A DNA stretch of 64,000 bases from Thermoproteota archaeon (GCA_030550585.1 JAUQPB010000001.1:384001-448000); one strand, 5' to 3'. Shown: positions 1 through 10,297, numbered from the stretch's first letter. Program-made: numbers and translations. The notes: a model not told the origin generated them from the letters alone.

Positions 1-512
1 TTTGCTATTAGTGTTGCTATTACCGATCCCGTTAATATCCACGATATTTTCGTTATATAGTCCATTCTCTTATCTAAGGCATCTATCCTCTTGTCTAGAT
101 CATCTATTCTCTTTGTCAGCTCTGTGTATGCTCCTTCTAGCTTCGATACCCTATCCCTCAATTCTGAAATATCCCTCCTCAACTCGTTTATGTTGTTGAA
201 TACCTCTGATCTCAGGCTTTCAATAGATCTATTCACATTTTCTATGTGGCCCATAAACTCTTTTCTATGCTCTAAAAATTCGTGTCTTAAACTCTCTATA
301 GACTCTCTAAAGCTCTTTTCAAGAGATTTTATTTCGCTTCTTAAGCCATTCTCAACCCTCTCCAAATCGCTTTTCGTTGCAACATCTCTTAGAATAGCGT
401 TTATCATAGCCAATCTTATGTCAGGTTCGGAAACAAGTAGCTCAGCAAGCCTCTTCCTAGCCCTGGCATCCACCTCGAAAAGCCTAACAACATCCTCGGC
501 GGTGAGACCCAT
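1..512 (-). CDS. paREP-like coiled-coil protein (3' end runs off the window)
   Basis: Manual translation MGLTAEDVVRLFEVDARARKRLAELLVSEPDIRLAMINAILRDVATKSDL..., then heptad coiled coil (RIDDLDKRIDALDKRMD) and a C-terminal hydrophobic helix; absent from the ORF track because no stop lies in the window. Confidence 0.7.
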   Translation of the reverse strand, partial: MGLTAEDVVRLFEVDARARKRLAELLVSEPDIRLAMINAILRDVATKSDLERVENGLRSEIKSLEKSFRESIESLRHEFLEHRKEFMGHIENVNRSIESLRSEVFNNINELRRDISELRDRVSKLEGAYTELTKRIDDLDKRIDALDKRMDYITKISWILTGSVIATLIA

Positions 513-1039
513 GGAATTCACATAGAGAGTATATAGCTTTTCAACTATTTAAGCATTGCTTAGCCAAAGCCAAAAACACTAAAATAAAATAGAATTTAGT
601 GTGCCGCCTTACAGCATTGAGTTTCCTTGGAGCAACACTTAATACAACTAAAAACCTTTGCTTAAGCCCACCACCTATTCCTAGAGATGGTGTTGGAGTT
701 CAGCATTGATCGTAGGTGAAATAGCCTCGAATTAGTAAGCATATTGGTCACCTTAACATTCCCTCATCATATATCAGTAACTCGGACCCACGATCATCCC
801 AAAACTGCTACAAGTAAACGTGGGTGAATTGGAACAGTGTCGATGGCTTATTCAGCTCTGCAGGCAGCTCTGTTTACTCTCCTAGAGCTCGAGACGTCTA
901 AGAAAACTGCAGATCATGTCTATATTACAGCACCTAAAAACTTTGTGCGCACAATCACCACATAAAAGAATTGCATGGTTTCACTATCGCAATTTGAGAG
1001 AAGCTGTCGATTTAGTGTATGGGCTTTGAAAACAGTGCA

Positions 1040-1375
1040 TTAGATCAAGTAACCGTTTTGATCCCCGTATTGAATGAGGAGAAGGCTATTGGTATAGTAT
1101 TAGACGAGGTTATAAAAACTGGTGCCCTCTCAAAAACATCATAGTAGTTGATGGTGGTAGCACCGATAAAACAGTAGAAATAGCTAAATCTAAAAATGTG
1201 TTGGTGGTGCCCCAGAGAGGTAGGGACAAGGCCGATGCAATAAAAATGGGTTTAGAGTATGTGAAGATATATCGTTGTGATGGACGGTGATGGTACCTAC
1301 CCTGCAGAGTATATACCGAGGCTTCTAAGGAAAATGAAGGACGGTGGATGCTGTACCATGGATTCTATAACAAAT
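1040..1375 (+). pseudogene. Glycosyltransferase family 2 (DPM synthase-like), frameshifted and truncated
   Basis: Fragments VTVLIPVLNEEKAIG, IIVVDGGSTDKTVEIA and IVVMDGDGTYP are separated by frameshifts. Confidence 0.8.
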
Positions 1376-1565
1376 ATCGCTACACCACATGATTCTACAT
1401 GTCTAGAGGATTAAATCAGCTAAAGCATGTGCATAGGGTTCATGGAGTTGGAGTATTTTATACATTGCATTATTTTGTTCTTGCACCATGTGATCGCCTA
1501 TGCTATTGGTTTTAGAGACCTTATATTCGAGAAGAATTCGCTGGTATAATAAATTATGGAAAAGT

Positions 1566-1623
1566 TGGTCAGTGATCGAGGGCCTCTTCATCTGATTCAT
1601 CTAAACCCCGTTTTCATCATCGA
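1566..1623 (-). ncRNA. C/D box sRNA (2'-O-methylation guide)
   Basis: Minus strand: ATGATGA (C), 13-nt guide, ATGA (D'), ATGAAGA (C'), 12-nt guide, CTGA (D); typical archaeal spacing, intergenic. Confidence 0.75.
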
Positions 1624-1689
1624 GTCGATCTCTAGGCACACCCTGTTTATAAAGTATTATCATGTGCTAACATAGTTTTTGTGGTATAT

Positions 1690-1980
1690 ATGTCGATGGA
1701 ATTTGACTATGTGTTGCCTAGAAAAAGTGTGCCGCCCCAGTTCATAGTCTTGTCTATAATAGCAAAATACAACGGTTTAACGCTATCACAATTGTATTCA
1801 TTGGTTAAGCAGAGCAGATGCAATGAATCCTTCGACAAATTGTCTGTCAAGGATCTGGAGAACGATCTGAATATGTTGCGTATCCTCGGGTTGGTGGAAG
1901 AGTCTGGTGGTGTATATACTGTGACTGAGAAGGGTAGGTTTGTTCTAGGGAAATTCACAAATAATGGTAAATGCCTCTAA
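1690..1980 (+). CDS. Small winged-helix DNA-binding protein
   Basis: wHTH-like C-terminus LRILGLVEESGGVYTVTEKG. Confidence 0.6.
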   Translation: MSMEFDYVLPRKSVPPQFIVLSIIAKYNGLTLSQLYSLVKQSRCNESFDKLSVKDLENDLNMLRILGLVEESGGVYTVTEKGRFVLGKFTNNGKCL

Positions 1981-1987
1981 CAGCTGC

Positions 1988-3331
1988 TTAGAAGAAGTAT
2001 GAAATGATGTAGCCCTGCAACATGAAGAGTATTATAGATGCTGATGATGTTGTTGCAAGTAGTAGTAGTGCTGCTTTCGGGTTTTGAACGCTCATTCTAT
2101 CTCCATCGCTCTCCGATTTTTTGACGCACGAGTATATTATTTTGAAGGCGTACCCCGTGGACACTACGATGACGATGAAAAATAGTGCAGCGTAGAGATG
2201 GAAGATGCTACCCAATGCAAAAATTTTTAGGAAAATGAATAGCTCTGACCAGAATGTTAGGAATGGGGGTAGCCCCAGAAGCCCTAGAGAAGATGCTACT
2301 ATAACATATCTTGCAAGACTATTGTCCCACATGTAAGCATATCCAACCTCGCGAATTTGCATCATTTCCAACATTGTATATGCTATTAGGAAGACAGGTA
2401 CTTTTGATAGAGCGTGCGCCAGAATGTGAAGGGCTCCATAGTCAACAACATTGTTTGCAAATGCCAAGACAAGGTAGTTCATGTGCGCCACAGTGCTGTA
2501 GGCTAGCAGTCTCCTGAAATCGCTTTGGAACAGCGAGGCTAGCGAACCTATAAAAGCTGTTAGAATAGAGAGGGCTGAGACCAGGTTTCGAATGAGCGCG
2601 CCACCATTATACGCAAAAAGCCCAGCAACATAGGTTGCAACCGGTGTTACCGCCCCCATATGCATTATTGCCAACGTTGAAAGCATTGACACATCGGCAT
2701 CGGGCACCCAGAAGTAGAATGGAAACACAGCCGCTTCTGTCAGAAAACCTATGACAATAAACATTTTCGATGGAACAGAGGCCCTACTCAAGATTACGCT
2801 AATTGATGTCGAGTCGCATTCAGCTACACTTAGAACAATTCCTATCAAAGCCATTAGAGAGCCTATAACACACACCAGAACATACTTCATTGTTGCCTCA
2901 TATTCTTCTCTTGTGTGGCGAATATTCAAAGCCGCTATAGTTGTGTAACTCAGCCCCTCCCAATAGATGAACAGCTTAATGATGTCGTTAACCTGGGTTG
3001 TTGTTGCAAGTGTTACCAGCATTGTAAGAGAATTGAACAGGACGAGAAGCATTGAAATAAGAACCTTCCTAGGAGTGTAGATATACCTTCTAATGGATAT
3101 TATATAGCCTTCTGAAATAAGCGATACAAGCGCTGAAACAACCCCCACAAGCCCAGTTAAACCACGAATGCTAAGAGCTATTGCCATTTGCACCAACGTA
3201 GTGGCAATGGCTATGTATATTGGGATGAAGTCGTATCTTCTCCCAAGCCTTTTCAAAACTATTGTTGCCAATGCCATTAGGGTTACTGAGGATAGTGTTA
3301 CCAGTATTAAGAGCTGCTCATAGGAGATCAT
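1988..3331 (-). CDS. Antiporter-like membrane subunit (NuoN/M, MrpD-like) of group 4 hydrogenase
   Basis: Multi-TM; FPFYFWVPD and RRLLAYSTVAH motifs. Confidence 0.85.
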   Translation of the reverse strand: MISYEQLLILVTLSSVTLMALATIVLKRLGRRYDFIPIYIAIATTLVQMAIALSIRGLTGLVGVVSALVSLISEGYIISIRRYIYTPRKVLISMLLVLFNSLTMLVTLATTTQVNDIIKLFIYWEGLSYTTIAALNIRHTREEYEATMKYVLVCVIGSLMALIGIVLSVAECDSTSISVILSRASVPSKMFIVIGFLTEAAVFPFYFWVPDADVSMLSTLAIMHMGAVTPVATYVAGLFAYNGGALIRNLVSALSILTAFIGSLASLFQSDFRRLLAYSTVAHMNYLVLAFANNVVDYGALHILAHALSKVPVFLIAYTMLEMMQIREVGYAYMWDNSLARYVIVASSLGLLGLPPFLTFWSELFIFLKIFALGSIFHLYAALFFIVIVVSTGYAFKIIYSCVKKSESDGDRMSVQNPKAALLLLATTSSASIILFMLQGYIISYFF

Positions 3332-5016
3332 AGTATATGCACCAAAACAGCCAGGATCATAACAACTAAAACAAAGATTAGTAGATAGAGTAGGAAGTTA
3401 GAGGGCTTGCCTGTATGGAGAGAGGAGGCCAATGCAGCAAAATTCTTGTAGAAAACCTTTCCCAACGCCATATAGGCCTTGTCTAAATAGAGTGAAGACT
3501 CTATGAAATCTCTGAGCTCCTCCCAAGGACTCTCAGCTACTAGGGTGGTTGGGGCCTTATATAAATATAGAATTGATGCTAGTATCCCTATCAATGTTGA
3601 GATCAAGAGAATTGCATTGATGCTATATATATCACTTGTATCAATACAAACACTACAGATGTTGACTATTGGCAGAGGTAACAACAAAACAACTACTAAT
3701 AAAACAGCTATCGGTATTGCCATATACCAATCAATTCTATGCTCAAAAACCTTTTCCGGTTTGCCGTAAAAGAATGTTATTATTGCTGCTCTCATAATGA
3801 ATAGAGCCAGCATAAAAGAGAGCAACGAGGAAATTGTCAATGCTACTGCATGCGGCACCACACCTGTCAAACCCTCTAATATATGCTCTTTAACAAAGCC
3901 TGAGAAAAGAGGTGGTATGCCAGCAGCGCTCAACGCGCCAATAACAAACGCTATTGCCTCGAACTTGAAGTTTTGGTGATATAACCCATGAACTATTCTC
4001 ATATCTCTTGAATGCGCTGAATGCTCAACCACACCAGCTGTATAGAATAGCATTGCCTTGAAGGTTGCATGACTAATGAAATACAGAACTGCTAGCGCAT
4101 AGTTCTTTTGGATTATGGCTAGAAGCATTATCGAGATGCTTGAAACGGTGCTGTAAGCCAAAACTCTTTTGATATCGTATGCTACTAGCCCTGCTAAAGA
4201 GGCTAAAAACAATGTTGCTAGCAAAGCTATGAAAAGAATATTTGCAGCCATTGTATCGGCTATTATGACATTGGAAAAGCGCAGAACCAGATAAACCCCT
4301 GCCTTAACCAATGTTGCTGCATGCAAAAGCGCGCTCACAGGAGTCGGACCCTCCATCGCATCTGGCAACCAGGTGTGCAATGGGAATTGAGCTGATTTTC
4401 CTATAGCAGACAAAACTATGGCTATAGATACAAATGATGGTATAATGCTTGACTCTAACCGTGAAATAGATGTTATTCCATGCATTAATGCATATGCCAC
4501 AGCGATAGCCAAGCCAATGTCGCTCATACGCGTCATTACAAGTGCTTTTACCCCTGCAATCCTAGCTTCTTCCTTCCACCACCAATAGGCAATCAAGAGT
4601 GCGCTACAAAGACCTATAAGCTCCCAATGCATAAAGAGGTGCAAGATATCATCTGTTAACACAAGATTGGTCATGGAGCCTATGAACAATACGAATAGAG
4701 AATAGTATCTTACATAGTCTCTCTCGCTATGCATATAGCCTATGCTATACAATGTTGATAGAAACCCAATTAGATTTACCATCAAGGCAAAAATCTTTGA
4801 TATTGCATCGACTCTAAACGTTATCCCTGCTATTGTTAGAATGGTGTTGTTATTGACAACAATTTGCAGTAGTACTGAGGCTAAGAAAGAGATGAGTGTC
4901 GAGGCTACAGATACTAGCTCAACTAACCTCCTCCTACCAACACCAAACAACAGTATTAATGCCACACCTATGAAGTTTGTGAACAGAGCTAGGAACAATA
5001 TCAATTCTCCAACCAT
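3328..5016 (-). CDS. NuoL/MrpA-like antiporter subunit
   Basis: GKSAQFPLHTWLPDAMEGPTPVSALLHAATLVKAGVYL. Confidence 0.92.
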   Translation of the reverse strand: MVGELILFLALFTNFIGVALILLFGVGRRRLVELVSVASTLISFLASVLLQIVVNNNTILTIAGITFRVDAISKIFALMVNLIGFLSTLYSIGYMHSERDYVRYYSLFVLFIGSMTNLVLTDDILHLFMHWELIGLCSALLIAYWWWKEEARIAGVKALVMTRMSDIGLAIAVAYALMHGITSISRLESSIIPSFVSIAIVLSAIGKSAQFPLHTWLPDAMEGPTPVSALLHAATLVKAGVYLVLRFSNVIIADTMAANILFIALLATLFLASLAGLVAYDIKRVLAYSTVSSISIMLLAIIQKNYALAVLYFISHATFKAMLFYTAGVVEHSAHSRDMRIVHGLYHQNFKFEAIAFVIGALSAAGIPPLFSGFVKEHILEGLTGVVPHAVALTISSLLSFMLALFIMRAAIITFFYGKPEKVFEHRIDWYMAIPIAVLLVVVLLLPLPIVNICSVCIDTSDIYSINAILLISTLIGILASILYLYKAPTTLVAESPWEELRDFIESSLYLDKAYMALGKVFYKNFAALASSLHTGKPSNFLLYLLIFVLVVMILAVLVHIL

Positions 5017-5019
5017 AAG

Positions 5020-5307
5020 CTACCCCCTCATCGAGCTTAGCTCATCTATATTCTCAATCTTGAATTTCCTAGCAAGAGATATCATAAAGGAAATAAGCAC
5101 TGCTTCACCTCCCCCAAACAAAGAGGTCAATACTATGATTATCCATTGCGCAGTTTCCAAGTTGCTAAGCAAAACTGCGGCAAGAAGTAATATGGACAGT
5201 TCTATTGATAGAAAACCAATTAAAGTCTTCAACATGTTTTTCCATTGAATTATTGCAATTATGCCCGCAAAAAACAATATTAAACTCGGTATAAGAGCTT
5301 CTATCAC
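5020..5307 (-). CDS. NuoK-like small membrane subunit
   Basis: 3 TM, conserved Glu (LSIELS, GEAVL), C-terminal IDELSSMRG. Confidence 0.8.
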   Translation of the reverse strand: MIEALIPSLILFFAGIIAIIQWKNMLKTLIGFLSIELSILLLAAVLLSNLETAQWIIIVLTSLFGGGEAVLISFMISLARKFKIENIDELSSMRG

Positions 5308-5750
5308 TTGCCCTCACCCATGAGAGTTATTATAGCAACATTTATGCTGACAAAAAATAGTATTACTGCGAGAAAGTCTTGGATAGGCACCTTTAGAACA
5401 ACACTAGCTTTTCCGCCGGGTTGAGCTTGTAGACCAAGGCCACCGATAACAGCAAGAGAACAAGCAACGCTAATTATGGTTAATACAACAATTTTTATGG
5501 CATTGCTACGCCAATTTATGCTACTAGGCTGTGGTAGCACAAGTGTGGCTAGATACATTAGAGCTACAATAATGCCAGAAAACATGAATATCACGATCAA
5601 ACCAACATACACTGCTATGTAAATACCTATTGAAACACCAATTAGAAGGCTCCCTACAAAGATCTCCAGTATACATCTCCAAGCCTTTACATCTAGCAAG
5701 GCCAAGACAATCATTATCGCTCCAGCGAAACTAAGCAGAACCTCTAGCAT
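5304..5750 (-). CDS. NuoJ-like membrane subunit
   Basis: Hydrophobic 4-5 TM protein between the I and K subunits. Confidence 0.6.
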   Translation of the reverse strand: MLEVLLSFAGAIMIVLALLDVKAWRCILEIFVGSLLIGVSIGIYIAVYVGLIVIFMFSGIIVALMYLATLVLPQPSSINWRSNAIKIVVLTIISVACSLAVIGGLGLQAQPGGKASVVLKVPIQDFLAVILFFVSINVAIITLMGEGK

Positions 5751-6100
5751 TTTGACCTCGGCCTCAATATGACTAAATCTCTCCTCATTTCAATAGCATT
5801 AAACTGGCAAACTTGTGCACATAAACCACAGTATATACATTTGAAGTAATTGAACTCCGGTCTTCTAACTGGCAATGTCTTGCCACCAACATTCTTCTCA
5901 CCAACGATCTTCATCGTTATGGCATTGCTAGGGCAGTTCATAGCGCATAGTGAACAACCAGTGCATTTCTCCGGTATTAATACGGGGCATCCTCTGCTAT
6001 ATGGGCTAAAAACACCTTTTTCTACCTCTGCCAGAGGCTCTGTAGATGGTTTTGAAAAAAGGCTCTTCAAAACTTCCTTCAACATTGTTAACCGGGTCAT
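5744..6100 (-). CDS. NuoI-like 2[4Fe-4S] subunit
   Basis: CTGCSLCAMNCP and CIYCGLCAQVC; ATG at 6100 overlaps the upstream TAA (TAATG). Confidence 0.9.
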   Translation of the reverse strand: MTRLTMLKEVLKSLFSKPSTEPLAEVEKGVFSPYSRGCPVLIPEKCTGCSLCAMNCPSNAITMKIVGEKNVGGKTLPVRRPEFNYFKCIYCGLCAQVCQFNAIEMRRDLVILRPRSKC

Positions 6101-7059
6101 TATATCAGCCCAACATCTTTCAATATGAACAATATAAAGGCTTGGATAACAAGCATTATTATACCTCTTTCCCAAAGCCGCTGGGGCATAAAAACTTCTC
6201 TGACCCTGACAGCCATGCCTTGTAATATTACAAGCAGTAGTAATACGATAATCATCTTGACAATAAAGTATATTGGATATAGCCAGGGAAAATCATAGGT
6301 CATGGGGCCTTGTCCACCCCCCAGAAACACTGTTGTTATTAAAGCAACGCCATACACCATTTCCAGATCCTTGCCCAGCTGTATGAAGGCTAATCTTCTA
6401 CAACAGTATTCGGTCATCCAGCCAGCAGCTATCTCCTGCTTCGCATGAGGTAGATCAAATGGTGGTTTCTCTAGCTTTGCAAGAAGAGCTATTAGCGCTA
6501 CAACAAAGCCTAGGGGCTGCACTAATAGTATTGGGTACCGAGACTGCACTTTAACTATATCGGACATTGATAGTGTGTTGCATTGCATAAAAGGTAGAGC
6601 TAGTGTTATTAACAGAAGCGATTCATACATTGCATACTGTACAACGAGCCTTCCTGTACCGACAACTGTAAATGATGATTGGATAGATAATCCCATTAGA
6701 GTTTGCGCTACTGCCGACAACGCAAAGGTTAGCGGTACTACAATGAAATCCTCATTGAAGCTGTAAAGAGATGTCGAAACAAATAAGGGTATAAAGAGTA
6801 GACCAAGTACAGAGCTCAGCACATAGAGAATAATAGAAAAGTCGGCTAGATAAGTATTCATACCTTCAATCTCAACCTCCTCTTTTAGAAGTAATTTTGC
6901 AAAATCATAAAATGGTTGTAAAACACCTTTAAACCCTGTTAACAACGGGCCTACACGCCACTGGATTCTAGCGATAAGTTTTCTTTCAATCCATTCGAAA
7001 ATTAGAGCCAAGACTATGAACGCGATTAAAAAGATTAGCGTAAGAACTACTACAAACGT
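6100..7059 (-). CDS. NuoH/HycD-like membrane subunit (start proposed at ACG 7059)
   Basis: ERKLIARIQWRVGP, LQPFYDFAKLLLKE, PFDLPHAKQEIAAGWMTEY; first TM helix extends upstream of TTG 7011. Confidence 0.88.
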   Translation of the reverse strand, partial: TFVVVLTLIFLIAFIVLALIFEWIERKLIARIQWRVGPLLTGFKGVLQPFYDFAKLLLKEEVEIEGMNTYLADFSIILYVLSSVLGLLFIPLFVSTSLYSFNEDFIVVPLTFALSAVAQTLMGLSIQSSFTVVGTGRLVVQYAMYESLLLITLALPFMQCNTLSMSDIVKVQSRYPILLVQPLGFVVALIALLAKLEKPPFDLPHAKQEIAAGWMTEYCCRRLAFIQLGKDLEMVYGVALITTVFLGGGQGPMTYDFPWLYPIYFIVKMIIVLLLLVILQGMAVRVREVFMPQRLWERGIIMLVIQAFILFILKDVGLI

Positions 7060-7065
7060 TTTTAC

Positions 7066-8706
7066 TCACCTAATTCTTTTATTTTCCTTTCTCAACTTGT
7101 TAAAGTCGACGAAAAACACGCTATTATGATTTTTATCAACAACGAGAGCTCTGTCCATGCAGCTAAAACATGGGTCAATAGATGTTATGATTACTGGCAC
7201 ATCTGATAAGGTATAGCCCTTCAGCATATCAGCCGCTAGAAGAATATTTGCTAGTGTAGGTGTCCTTATCTTAACTCTGTGGGGATTTCTAGAGTTTGCC
7301 GCTTTAACATAATAGAATAGTTCTCCTCTTGGTGCCTCTGTCCTAGCCACAGCCTCTCCTTCTTTAACTACTCCAATGACAAGAGTTTTTGGAACTGGAT
7401 TCTCATTTCTAGGCATTTTCTCGATACACTGTCTTATTATATTAATAGACTCTAGCACTTCTTTGATTCTCACCATAGTCACATTAAACACGTCGCCACC
7501 CTTACCTGTAACCACATTAAAATCTATCTCATCGTAGGCCCCATAGGGCTCAACTTTTCTTATGTCATAGGGAATCCCAGTAGCTCTTATCATTGGTCCA
7601 ACAGCACCTAATCTAATTGCATGCTCAGCATTATACATTCCAATACCTTTGATTCTTTCTACTAGTGGTTCATACGACATTATCTCGTCTATGAGTTTCT
7701 TATAGTCTTTCTCAAATTCTGCTATAGTCTTTGCAACTGTATTCAGTTTTTCGTCTGTCACATCCCTTCTTACACCACCAAATGCTATAAATGATTTGTG
7801 AACCCTATTACCTGTTAAAAGGTCGAGCAAAGACATTATTTTTTCTCTTAATCTCCAAATCCACATGAACATGCTTTCGAATCCAGTCCAATAGCCTAAG
7901 AGACCTATCCACAACACATGGCTGTGAATCCTCTCGAGCTCTGCTATCATAGTCCTTAGATACTCAGCTTTTTTACTTGGCTTAACATTCAGAAGCTCTT
8001 CAACAGCTAATGTAAATGTCCATGAGTGTATAAAGCTGCAAATACCGCAAATCCTTTCAACTAGAAACAGATCCTGCAGAAAGGTCCTACCCTCAGCAAT
8101 TTTTTCTATACCTCTGTGCACATGGCCTATCTTCGGAATTACATCAACTATTGTCTCCCCTTCCAATACTAGAATAAATCTCTCCGGCTCTTTTAATGCT
8201 GGGTGATATGGACCAAAAGGTAAGAGGATAACCGACTCAGCACTATACCTAGACGAGCCGGTGACATAAATCTGTGGCTCTCCCAACATGCAACCTGCTA
8301 CAACCTTCTCCAAATCTTCTTGTTTCACATTCCTAAGCAACGGATGTACATCATTGGGGAAGCAGTCTGGTAGTAAAACCCTTTTCCCAGTGAATGGGTT
8401 TCCATCAAATGCCACACCAAAGAGTTCAGAAACCTCCTGTTCATATATGGAGGCTGCTGGAGCTACTGAGGCTATGGATGGTAGAGTCTTCTTGTCCTCT
8501 GGTATTCTAGTTGAAATATTTTTTAATGCGCCTCTGAAATCGCTGAAGGTGTATATAAGCTCTATGCTCTTCTCTTTTTCATCATGCACAGCAGTTACTG
8601 AGACTAGATGTGGATAACTCGACAGCGTCTTGCTGGCAACCTCTACAATACTATGGGGCTCTGTATATGCCTTATCCTCTATTCTGCTCCTCCCCACAAC
8701 CACCAC
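7066..8706 (-). CDS. Group 4 [NiFe]-hydrogenase large subunit, fused NuoC-NuoD type
   Basis: N-terminal NuoC domain (EQEVSELFGVAFDG); intact L1 ERICGICSFIH and L2 DPCFSCMDR Ni-binding motifs plus a C-terminal extension. Confidence 0.93.
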   Translation of the reverse strand: MVVVGRSRIEDKAYTEPHSIVEVASKTLSSYPHLVSVTAVHDEKEKSIELIYTFSDFRGALKNISTRIPEDKKTLPSIASVAPAASIYEQEVSELFGVAFDGNPFTGKRVLLPDCFPNDVHPLLRNVKQEDLEKVVAGCMLGEPQIYVTGSSRYSAESVILLPFGPYHPALKEPERFILVLEGETIVDVIPKIGHVHRGIEKIAEGRTFLQDLFLVERICGICSFIHSWTFTLAVEELLNVKPSKKAEYLRTMIAELERIHSHVLWIGLLGYWTGFESMFMWIWRLREKIMSLLDLLTGNRVHKSFIAFGGVRRDVTDEKLNTVAKTIAEFEKDYKKLIDEIMSYEPLVERIKGIGMYNAEHAIRLGAVGPMIRATGIPYDIRKVEPYGAYDEIDFNVVTGKGGDVFNVTMVRIKEVLESINIIRQCIEKMPRNENPVPKTLVIGVVKEGEAVARTEAPRGELFYYVKAANSRNPHRVKIRTPTLANILLAADMLKGYTLSDVPVIITSIDPCFSCMDRALVVDKNHNSVFFVDFNKLRKENKRIR

Positions 8707-9163
8707 CAGCTACCTTTATCTCCCCTTTGTATATAGCCTCCAAAGCCCTGAAAATCTCTTTTGGATTTGGAGGGCACCCAGGTACACAAATGGTGACTGG
8801 AATAACCTTTTCAACACCACCCAAAACTGTGTATCCACCAGAAAATATGCCCCCACTGCATGCACAAGTTCCAATAGCGACGACATACTTCGGCTCTGGC
8901 ATCTGATCATATATGAGTTTTAGGGATTTCGCTACCTGTAGTGTTACCGGACCTGTGACAACAAGAACATCTGCATGCTTGGGAGAGGCAACTAGCTTAG
9001 CTCCCAAACGCTCAACATCATATAACGGTGTTAACGCTGCAACAAACTCTATATCACATCCGTTACAGCCTCCACTATTAAAATGGAAAATCCATGGACT
9101 CTTCCTAACAAGCCTTCTGTCAAATGACTCATGCTCACTTCTTTGCCCATCTGCCATAGTCAC
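8672..9163 (-). CDS. Hydrogenase small subunit (NuoB-like)
   Basis: GCNGCDIE, GTCACSGG, PGCPP. Confidence 0.93.
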   Translation of the reverse strand: MTMADGQRSEHESFDRRLVRKSPWIFHFNSGGCNGCDIEFVAALTPLYDVERLGAKLVASPKHADVLVVTGPVTLQVAKSLKLIYDQMPEPKYVVAIGTCACSGGIFSGGYTVLGGVEKVIPVTICVPGCPPNPKEIFRALEAIYKGEIKVAGGGCGEEQNRG

Positions 9164-9522
9164 ACACCTTCAATTGATAGTATAGCAAGCAAAACATAGA
9201 TTACAAAACCCAGCAAGAATGAAAACAAAGCATAATAAGAAAATTCTGTAAACAGAAATATCGTTACAATACATTCAATGGATAAAAGCAAAGGCAAAAC
9301 CACTACAATACTCGTTACATACCTATAGAAGTGCTCCGGAATTATAAGCCCACCCTCAAAAGGCTTAACAAAATTGATTTTAGATCTACATCCAGAACCT
9401 TTGACACATCTAATTAGTATTGGCAAGTAAAACAAAGCAACAACAAAAACTACTAAAGAGGTGATTGCATAAAATATGCCTGATATCAAACTTGTTACCC
9501 TCTTAGCTAAAGAGACTTGCAT
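9160..9522 (-). CDS. Membrane protein, putative NuoA-like subunit
   Basis: 3 TM, KPFEGG loop resembling NuoA, first gene of the operon. Confidence 0.55.
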   Translation of the reverse strand: MQVSLAKRVTSLISGIFYAITSLVVFVVALFYLPILIRCVKGSGCRSKINFVKPFEGGLIIPEHFYRYVTSIVVVLPLLLSIECIVTIFLFTEFSYYALFSFLLGFVIYVLLAILSIEGV

Positions 9523-10297
9523 ACACTATATTTAAGACTTTAGTCTTGTTTCTGATACATAGTTATACTCAGTTATACTGAGTCTTAATTATAATTGCAA
9601 ACTAGAAACATAAAAATACAAACTGTTTCAGAATAGAATGGGCGTAATCGAATTCAAACGATCCCTACCATACAGCGTTCAAGATAGTTAGCATGAATAT
9701 TCTAAAACACCAATATGCCGGGTTTTCTCAGCTGAAAAATTAGGTGATATCCCTCTTGTTTGCAACTGATGAAGCCAACATACATATCTATACAGTTGAT
9801 ATAACCACTAAAAGGTGGTTGCGCTGACCTCATTGCACTAGCTAAGCCATATGGTTTTGGAGGCTCCGCTGTTATATGGACTATGACTAGTTATAAAGTA
9901 GTAGAAAGTAATGGTAGGTAAAGAAATAGTTGGTGCCGACACACTCATGGTTTGCATAGAATCAATTAAATATTATGATTCTTCAGCAAGGAGAAGAACC
10001 TTCTATTTCCAATGCCAGAGCCGCGGATTACCAGCTTAGTTGTCGCTGAAATAGCACTAATAGTTTTCTATTATGTGGCCAAGAATGCGATTCATCTAGC
10101 ATTAATAATAATATTGTGTTAAAACCTTATGTAGTTAATCTCCCATAGGCTTCAGGAAGAGACCTTGAAAACTTTAAAGCACAATATTTCTATGACCAGT
10201 CTCTAACGATATGCCTGTCAATGATCCCTACTATAGGCCTGAAAAGCTGGGTTCTGCCAAGAATTTTCCCATATAGGTTAAACGTAGAAGAGAAGAA

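Noticed and set aside
700-775. Possible C/D sRNA (ATGATGA-GGGAATGTTAAG-GTGA, minus strand)
   Set aside because: No C' or D box at correct spacing; at best degenerate
7066-8706. Mbx/complex I (non-hydrogenase) assignment
   Set aside because: All four Ni-ligating cysteines are present
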